Shown here one piece after another: positions 55,001 to 64,000 of a DNA stretch of 64,000 nt. The notes below the pieces were generated by a model that was not told the DNA's origin, did no database searches, and saw only the letters and a program-made list of their open reading frames with translations. The position numbers and the translations under genes were made by a program. Position 1 is the stretch's first letter, and the number at the start of each line of letters is the position of its first letter. Source of the DNA: Auanema rhodensis (Eukaryota; Animalia; Nematoda); contig OZ059900.1 in the NCBI GenBank assembly GCA_964057225.1, positions 7,936,001-8,000,000 on the forward strand, written 5' to 3'.

Positions 55001-58000
55001 ATGCTCAAAACGCCATATATTCAACGATTTTGGGTACAAAACATGTGAAAACTGTATGTTTTGATCAGACCCTTTGAGATATGGATTTGAAATTCAGGAT
55101 TCATAAACGTTGACTATTTTTACATATATATGTTCAATTTTAACCACTTTGGTCAAAAAGGACCGAAAATATCAAGAATTATTGGTTTTTTGGGGTTTGA
55201 AGGGTATTTTGGCAAAATCAGTCAAACTTTTGATCTTAAGCATATTTTTTTCTTCTAAAACGACTAAATGTATGAAATACTGTCATAGAATGTTCATATA
55301 GGTGTATTTTGCACGAATATCAAAACTGATTGAAATATGGGCCTTTTTATGTTCAAAACGCCATATATTCAACGATTTTGGGTACAAAACATGTGAAAAC
55401 TGTATGTTTTGATCAGACCCTTTGAGATATGGATTTGAAATTCAGGATTCATAAACTTTGACTATTTTTACATATATATGTTCAATTTTAACCACTTTGG
55501 TCAAGAAGGACCGAAAATATCAAGAATTATTGGTTTTTTGGGGTTTGAAGGGCATTTTGGCAAAATCAGTCAAACTTTTGATCTTAAGCATATTTTTTTT
55601 TCTAAAACGACTAAATGTATGAAATACTGTCAAAGAATGTTCATATAGGTGTATTTTGCACGAATATCAAAACTGATTGAAATATGGGCCTTTTTATGCT
55701 CAAAACGCCATATATTCAACGATTTTGGGTACAAAACATGTGAAAACTGTATGTTTTGATCAGACCCTTTGAGATATGGATTTGAAATTCAGGATTCATA
55801 AACGTTGACTATTTTTACATATATATGTTCAATTTTAACCACTTTGGTCAAAAAGGACCGAAAATATCAAGAATTATTGGTTTTTTGGGGTTTGAAGGGT
55901 ATTTTGGCAAAATCAGTCAAACTTTTGATCTTAAGCATATTTTTTTCTTCTAAAACGACTAAATGTATGAAATACTGTCATAGAATGTTCATATAGGTGT
56001 ATTTTGCACGAATATCAAAACTGATTGAAATATGGGCCTTTTTATGTTCAAAACGCCATATATTCAACGATTTTGGGTACAAAACATGTGAAAACTGTAT
56101 GTTTTGATCAGACCCTTTGAGATATGGATTTGAAATTCAGGATTCATAAACTTTGACTATTTTTACATATATATGTTCAATTTTAACCACTTTGGTCAAG
56201 AAGGACCGAAAATATCAAGAATTATTGGTTTTTTGGGGTTTGAAGGGCATTTTGGCAAAATCAGTCAAACTTTTGATCTTAAGCATATTTTTTTCTTCTA
56301 AAACGACTAAATGTATGAAATACTGTCAAAGAATGTTCATATAGGTGTATTTTGCACGAATATCAAAACTGATTGAAATATGGGCCTTTTTATGCTCAAA
56401 ACGCCATATATTCAACGATTTTGGGTACAAAACATGTGAAAACTGTATGTTTTGATCAGACCCTTTGAGATATGGATTTGAAATTCAGGATTCATAAACT
56501 TTGACTATTTTTACATATATATGTCCAAATTTAACCACTTTGGTCAAAAAGGACCGAGAATATCAAGAATTATTGGTTTTTTGGGGATTGAAGGGCATTT
56601 TGGCAAAATCAGTCAAACTTTTGATCTTAAGCATATTTTTTTTTCTAAAACGACTAAATGTATGAAATACTGTCAAAGAATGTTCATATAGGTGTATTTT
56701 GCACGAATATCAAAACTGATTGAAATATGGGCCTTTTTATGCTCAAAACGCCATATATTCAACGATTTTGGGTACAAAACATGTGAAAACTGTATGTTTT
56801 GATCAGACCCTTTGAGATATGGATTTGAAATTCAGGATTCATAAACTTTGACTATTTTTACATATATATGTCCAAATTTAACCACTTTGGTCAAAAAGGA
56901 CCGAGAATATCAAGAATTATTGGTTTTTTGGGGATTGAAGGGCATTTTGGCAAAATCAGTCAAACTTTTGATCTTAAGCATATTTTTTTCTTCTAAAACG
57001 ACTAAATGTATGAAATACTGTCATAGAATGTTCATATAGGTGTATTTTGCACGAATATCAAAACTGATTGAAATATGGGCCTTTTTATGCTCAAAACGCC
57101 ATATATTCAACGATTTTGGGTACAAAACATGTGAAAACTGTATGTTTTGATCAGACCCTTTGAGATATGGATTTGAAATTCAGGATTCATAAATTTTGAC
57201 TATTTTTACATATATATGTTCAATTTTAACCACTTTGGTCAAGAAGGACCGAAAATATCAAGAATTATTGGTTTTTTGGGGTTTGAAGGGCATTTTGGCA
57301 AAATCAGTCAAACTTTTGATCTTAAGCATATTTTTTTCTTCTAAAACGACTAAATGTATGAAATACTGTCATAGAATGTTCATATAGGTGTATTTTGCAC
57401 GAATATCAAAACTGATTGAAATATGGGCCTTTTTATGCTCAAAACGCCATATATTCAACGATTTTGGGTACAAAACATGTGAAAACTGTATGTTTTGATC
57501 AGACCCTTTGAGATATGGATTTGAAATTCAGGATTCATAAACTTCGACTATTTCTACATATATATGTCCAATTTTAACCACTTTGGTCAAAAAGGACCGA
57601 AAATATCAAGAATTATTGGTTTTTTGGGGTTTGAAGGGCATTTTGGCAAAATCAGTCAAACTTTTGATCTTAAGCATATTTTTTTTTCTAAAACGACTAA
57701 ATGTATGAAATACTGTCAAAGAATGTTCATATAGGTGTATTTTGCACGAATATCAAAACTGATTGAAATATGGGCCTTTTTATGCTCAAAACGCCATATA
57801 TTCAACGATTTTGGGTACAAAACATGTGAAAACTGTATGTTTTGATCAGACCCTTTGAGATATGGATTTGAAATTCAGGATTCATAAACGTTGACTATTT
57901 TTACATATATATGTTCAATTTTAACCACTTTGGTCAAAAAGGACCGAAAATATCAAGAATTATTGGTTTTTTGGGGTTTGAAGGGTATTTTGGCAAAATC

Positions 58001-58882
58001 AGTCAAACTTTTGATCTTAAGCATATTTTTTTCTTCTAAAACGACTAAATGTATGAAATACTGTCATAGAATGTTCATATAGGTGTATTTTGCACGAATA
58101 TCAAAACTGATTGAAATATGGGCCTTTTTATGTTCAAAACGCCATATATTCAACGATTTTGGGTACAAAACATGTGAAAACTGTATGTTTTGATCAGACC
58201 CTTTGAGATATGGATTTGAAATTCAGGATTCATAAACTTTGACTATTTTTACATATATATGTTCAATTTTAACCACTTTGGTCAAGAAGGACCGAAAATA
58301 TCAAGAATTATTGGTTTTTTGGGGTTTGAAGGGCATTTTGGCAAAATCAGTCAAACTTTTGATCTTAAGCATATTTTTTTTTCTAAAACGACTAAATGTA
58401 TGAAATACTGTCAAAGAATGTTCATATAGGTGTATTTTGCACGAATATCAAAACTGATTGAAATATGGGCCTTTTTATGCTCAAAACGCCATATATTCAA
58501 CGATTTTGGGTACAAAACATGTGAAAACTGTATGTTTTGATCAGACCCTTTGAGATATGGATTTGAAATTCAGGATTCATAAACGTTGACTATTTTTACA
58601 TATATATGTTCAATTTTAACCACTTTGGTCAAAAAGGACCGAAAATATCAAGAATTATTGGTTTTTTGGGGTTTGAAGGGTATTTTGGCAAAATCAGTCA
58701 AACTTTTGATCTTAAGCATATTTTTTTCTTCTAAAACGACTAAATGTATGAAATACTGTCATAGAATGTTCATATAGGTGTATTTTGCACGAATATCAAA
58801 ACTGATTGAAATATGGGCCTTTTTATGTTCAAAACGCCATATATTCAACGATTTTGGGTACAAAACATGTGAAAACTGTATG

Positions 58883-58886
58883 TTTC
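58883..58886. other. Junction of a 33-bp deletion (315-bp monomer), copy 1
   Basis: Reads actgtatgtttcaggattc instead of actgtatgttttgatcagaccctttgagatatggatttgaaattcaggattc. ORF spacing 58901-58586 = 315. Confidence 0.93.
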
Positions 58887-61800
58887 AGGATTCATAAACT
58901 TTGACTATTTTTACATATATATGTTCAATTTTAACCACTTTGGTCAAGAAGGACCGAAAATATCAAGAATTATTGGTTTTTTGGGGTTTGAAGGGCATTT
59001 TGGCAAAATCAGTCAAACTTTTGATCTTAAGCATATTTTTTTCTTCTAAAACGACTAAATGTATGAAATACTGTCAAAGAATGTTCATATAGGTGTATTT
59101 TGCACGAATATCAAAACTGATTGAAATATGGGCCTTTTTATGCTCAAAACGCCATATATTCAACGATTTTGGGTACAAAACATGTGAAAACTGTATGTTT
59201 TGATCAGACCCTTTGAGATATGGATTTGAAATTCAGGATTCATAAACTTTGACTATTTTTACATATATATGTTCAATTGTAACCACTTTGGTCAAAAAGG
59301 ACCGAAAATATCAAGAATTATTGGTTTTTTAGGGTTTGAAGGGCATTTTGGCAAAATCAGTCAAACTTTTGATCTTAAGCATATTTTTTTCTTCTAAAAC
59401 GACTAAATGTATGAAATACTGTCAAAGAATGTTCATATAGGTGTATTTTGCACGAATATCAAAACTGATTGAAATATGGGCCTTTTTATGCTCAAAACGC
59501 CATATATTCAACGATTTTGGGTACAAAACATGTGAAAACTGTATGTTTTGATCAGACCCTTTGAGATATGGATTTAAAATTCAGGATTCATAAAATTCGA
59601 CTATTTTTACATATATATGTCCAATTTTAACCACTTTGGTCAAAAAGGACCGAAAATATCAAGAATTATTGGTTTTTTGGGGTTTGAAGGGCATTTTGGC
59701 AAAATCAGTCAAACTTTTGATCTTAAGCATATTTTTTTCTTCTAAAACGACTAAATGTATGAAATACTGTCATAGAATGTTCATATAGGTGTATTTTGCA
59801 CGAATATCAAAACTGATTGAAATATGGGCCTTTTTATGCTCAAAACGCCATATATTCAACGATTTTGGGTACAAAACATGTGAAAACTGTATGTTTTGAT
59901 CAGACCCTTTGAGATATGGATTTGAAATTCAGGATTCATAAATTTCAACTATTTCTACATATATATGTCCAATTTTAACCACTTTGGTCAAAAAGGACTG
60001 AAAATATCAAGAATTATTGGTTTTTTGGGGTTTGAAGGGCATTTTGGCAAAATCAGTCAAACTTTTGATCTTAAGCATATTTTTTTTTCTAAAACGACTA
60101 AATGTATGAAATACTGTCAAAGAATGTTCATATAGGTGTATTTTGCACGAATATCAAAACTGATTGAAATATGGGCCTTTTTATGCTCAAAACGCCATAT
60201 ATTCAACGATTTTGGGTACAAAACATGTGAAAACTGTATGTTTTGATCAGACCCTTTGAGATATGGATTTGAAATTCAGGATTCATAAACTTTGACTATT
60301 TTTACATATATATGTTCAATTTTAACCACTTTGGTCAAAAAGGACCGAAAATATCAAGAATTATTGGTTTTTTAGGGTTTGAAGGGCATTTTGGCAAAAT
60401 CAGTCAAACTTTTGATCTTAAGCATATTTTTTTCTTCTAAAACGACTAAATGTATGAAATACTGTCATAGAATGTTCATATAGGTGTATTTTGCACGAAT
60501 ATCAAAACTGATTGAAATATGGGCCTTTTTATGTTCAAAACGCCATATATTCAACGATTTTGGGTACAAAACATGTGAAAACTGTATGTTTTGATCAGAC
60601 CCTTTGAGATATGGATTTGAAATTCAGGATTCATAAACTTTGACTATTTTTACATATATATGTCCAAATTTAACCACTTTGGTCAAAAAGGACCGAGAAT
60701 ATCAAGAATTATTGGTTTTTTGGGGATTGAAGGGCATTTTGGCAAAATCAGTCAAACTTTTGATCTTAAGCATATTTTTTTCTTCTAAAACGACTAAATG
60801 TATGAAATACTGTCATAGAATGTTCATATAGGTGTATTTTGCACGAGTATCAAAACTGATTGAAATATGGGCCTTTTTATGCTCAAAACGCCATATATTC
60901 AACGATTTTGGGTACAAAACATGTGAAAACTGTATGTTTTGATCAGACCCTTTGAGATATGGATTTGAAATTCAGGATTCATAAACTTTGACTATTTTTA
61001 CATATATATGTTCAATTTTAACCACTTTGGTCAAGAAGGACCGAAAATATCAAGAATTATTGGTTTTTTGGGGTTTGAAGGGCATTTTGGCAAAATCAGT
61101 CAAACTTTTGATCTTAAGCATATTTTTTTTTTCTAAAACGACTAAATGTATGAAATACTGTCATAGAATGTTCATATAGGTGTATTTTGCACGAATATCA
61201 AAACTGATTGAAATATGGGCCTTTTTATGCTCAAAACGCCATATATTCAACGATTTTGGGTACAAAACATGTGAAAACTGTATGTTTTGATCAGACCCTT
61301 TGAGATATGGATTTGAAATTCAGGATTCATAAACTTCGACTATTTCTACATATATATGTCCAATTTTAACCACTTTGGTCAAAAAGGACCGAAAATATCA
61401 AGAATTATTGGTTTTTTGGGGTTTGAAGGGCATTTTGGCAAAATCAGTCAAACTTTTGATCTTAAGCATATTTTTTTTTCTAAAACGACTAAATGTATGA
61501 AATACTGTCAAAGAATGTTCATATAGGTGTATTTTGCACGAATATCAAAACTGATTGAAATATGGGCCTTTTTATGCTCAAAACGCCATATATTCAACGA
61601 TTTTGGGTACAAAACATGTGAAAACTGTATGTTTTGATCAGACCCTTTGAGATATGGATTTGAAATTCAGGATTCATAAACGTTGACTATTTTTACATAT
61701 ATATGTTCAATTTTAACCACTTTGGTCAAAAAGGACCGAAAATATCAAGAATTATTGGTTTTTTGGGGTTTGAAGGGTATTTTGGCAAAATCAGTCAAAC

Positions 61801-62326
61801 TTTTGATCTTAAGCATATTTTTTTTTCTAAAACGACTAAATGTATGAAATACTGTCAAAGAATGTTCATATAGGTGTATTTTGCACGAATATCAAAACTG
61901 ATTGAAATATGGGCCTTTTTATGCTCAAAACGCCATATATTCAACGATTTTGGGTACAAAACATGTGAAAACTGTATGTTTTGATCAGACCCTTTGAGAT
62001 ATGGATTTGAAATTCAGGATTCATAAACGTTGACTATTTTTACATATATATGTTCAATTTTAACCACTTTGGTCAAAAAGGACCGAAAATATCAAGAATT
62101 ATTGGTTTTTTGGGGTTTGAAGGGTATTTTGGCAAAATCAGTCAAACTTTTGATCTTAAGCATATTTTTTTCTTCTAAAACGACTAAATGTATGAAATAC
62201 TGTCATAGAATGTTCATATAGGTGTATTTTGCACGAATATCAAAACTGATTGAAATATGGGCCTTTTTATGTTCAAAACGCCATATATTCAACGATTTTG
62301 GGTACAAAACATGTGAAAACTGTATG

Positions 62327-62330
62327 TTTC
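62327..62330. other. Junction of the same 33-bp deletion, copy 2
   Basis: Identical junction 3,444 bp downstream. ORF spacing 62345-62030 = 315. Confidence 0.93.
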
Positions 62331-64000
62331 AGGATTCATAAACTTTGACTATTTTTACATATATATGTTCAATTTTAACCACTTTGGTCAAGAAGGACCG
62401 AAAATATCAAGAATTATTGGTTTTTTGGGGTTTGAAGGGCATTTTGGCAAAATCAGTCAAACTTTTGATCTTAAGCATATTTTTTTCTTCTAAAACGACT
62501 AAATGTATGAAATACTGTCAAAGAATGTTCATATAGGTGTATTTTGCACGAATATCAAAACTGATTGAAATATGGGCCTTTTTATGCTCAAAACGCCATA
62601 TATTCAACGATTTTGGGTACAAAACATGTGAAAACTGTATGTTTTGATCAGACCCTTTGAGATATGGATTTGAAATTCAGGATTCATAAACTTTGACTAT
62701 TTTTACATATATATGTTCAATTGTAACCACTTTGGTCAAAAAGGACCGAAAATATCAAGAATTATTGGTTTTTTAGGGTTTGAAGGGCATTTTGGCAAAA
62801 TCAGTCAAACTTTTGATCTTAAGCATATTTTTTTCTTCTAAAACGACTAAATGTATGAAATACTGTCAAAGAATGTTCATATAGGTGTATTTTGCACGAA
62901 TATCAAAACTGATTGAAATATGGGCCTTTTTATGCTCAAAACGCCATATATTCAACGATTTTGGGTACAAAACATGTGAAAACTGTATGTTTTGATCAGA
63001 CCCTTTGAGATATGGATTTAAAATTCAGGATTCATAAAATTCGACTATTTTTACATATATATGTCCAATTTTAACCACTTTGGTCAAAAAGGACCGAAAA
63101 TATCAAGAATTATTGGTTTTTTGGGGTTTGAAGGGCATTTTGGCAAAATCAGTCAAACTTTTGATCTTAAGCATATTTTTTTCTTCTAAAACGACTAAAT
63201 GTATGAAATACTGTCATAGAATGTTCATATAGGTGTATTTTGCACGAATATCAAAACTGATTGAAATATGGGCCTTTTTATGCTCAAAACGCCATATATT
63301 CAACGATTTTGGGTACAAAACATGTGAAAACTGTATGTTTTGATCAGACCCTTTGAGATATGGATTTGAAATTCAGGATTCATAAACTTCGACTATTTCT
63401 ACATATATATGTCCAATTTTAACCACTTTGGTCAAAAAGGACTGAAAATATCAAGAATTATTGGTTTTTTGGGGTTTGAAGGGCATTTTGGCAAAATCAG
63501 TCAAACTTTTGATCTTAAGCATATTTTTTTTTCTAAAACGACTAAATGTATGAAATACTGTCAAAGAATGTTCATATAGGTGTATTTTGCACGAATATCA
63601 AAACTGATTGAAATATGGGCCTTTTTATGCTCAAAACGCCATATATTCAACGATTTTGGGTACAAAACATGTGAAAACTGTATGTTTTGATCAGACCCTT
63701 TGAGATATGGATTTGAAATTCAGGATTCATAAACTTTGACTATTTTTACATATATATGTTCAATTTTAACCACTTTGGTCAAAAAGGACCGAAAATATCA
63801 AGAATTATTGGTTTTTTAGGGTTTGAAGGGCATTTTGGCAAAATCAGTCAAACTTTTGATCTTAAGCATATTTTTTTCTTCTAAAACGACTAAATGTATG
63901 AAATACTGTCATAGAATGTTCATATAGGTGTATTTTGCACGAATATCAAAACTGATTGAAATATGGGCCTTTTTATGTTCAAAACGCCATATATTCAACG

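Larger units (their letters stand above)
13735..64000. repeat. 348-bp tandem satellite DNA array, right arm (about 144 monomers; continues beyond the window)
   Basis: Same monomer and orientation. Phase is conserved across the insertion: 14378-11333 = 3045 = 5x348 + 1305 (element plus TSD). Includes 347-bp and 315-bp variant monomers. Confidence 0.99.
39465..64000. repeat. Variable-length higher-order repeat domain (8-12 monomer periods) marked by aaacGttg/gggTatt, caaGaagg and caaAttt/ccgaGaat monomer types
   Basis: First aaacGttg monomer of each pair at 40508, 43289, 47462, 50938, 55110, 57891 (spacings 2781, 4173, 3476, 4172, 2781 = 8, 12, 10, 12, 8 monomers). Confidence 0.85.

Noticed and set aside
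235-62536. Dozens of near-identical 63-75 aa ORFs (MTIFTYIC...) as a tandem gene family
   Set aside because: They start at TTG rather than ATG, are one frame of the satellite monomer, have no recognisable domain, and are freely broken by TTG>TCG, TGG>TAG and 1-bp deletion variants.
1-64000. CRISPR or other repeat-spacer array
   Set aside because: There are no unique spacers; the whole 348-bp unit repeats, and no cas-like genes are present.

Overview
The window is eukaryotic heterochromatin-type DNA. About 180 head-to-tail copies of an AT-rich (about 30% GC) 348-bp satellite monomer fill it end to end, with only a few variable sites per monomer. The array is interrupted once, by an intact 1,303-bp IS630-Tc1-mariner DNA transposon (12432-13734) of the DD37D (maT) type. 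The element has perfect 31-bp TIRs, a TA target-site duplication and an uninterrupted 345-aa transposase ORF on the minus strand. It sits on the central TA of a perfect 12-bp palindrome (ACATA-TA-TATGT) present in every monomer I inspected, which matches the known Tc1 target consensus. A near-identical empty sister site lies exactly 8 monomers upstream. Rare variants reveal nested higher-order duplications (periods of 4-13, 42 and 55 monomers), a duplicated 33-bp deletion, and a 2-nt substitution that perfects a hairpin (template-switch signature). The repeated 63-75 aa ORFs are by-products of the satellite. I see no host genes, RNA genes or CRISPR array, and no convincing new protein-coding system. 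The interest lies in the satellite-transposon interaction and the readable history of the array. Block boundaries were read by eye and are approximate.
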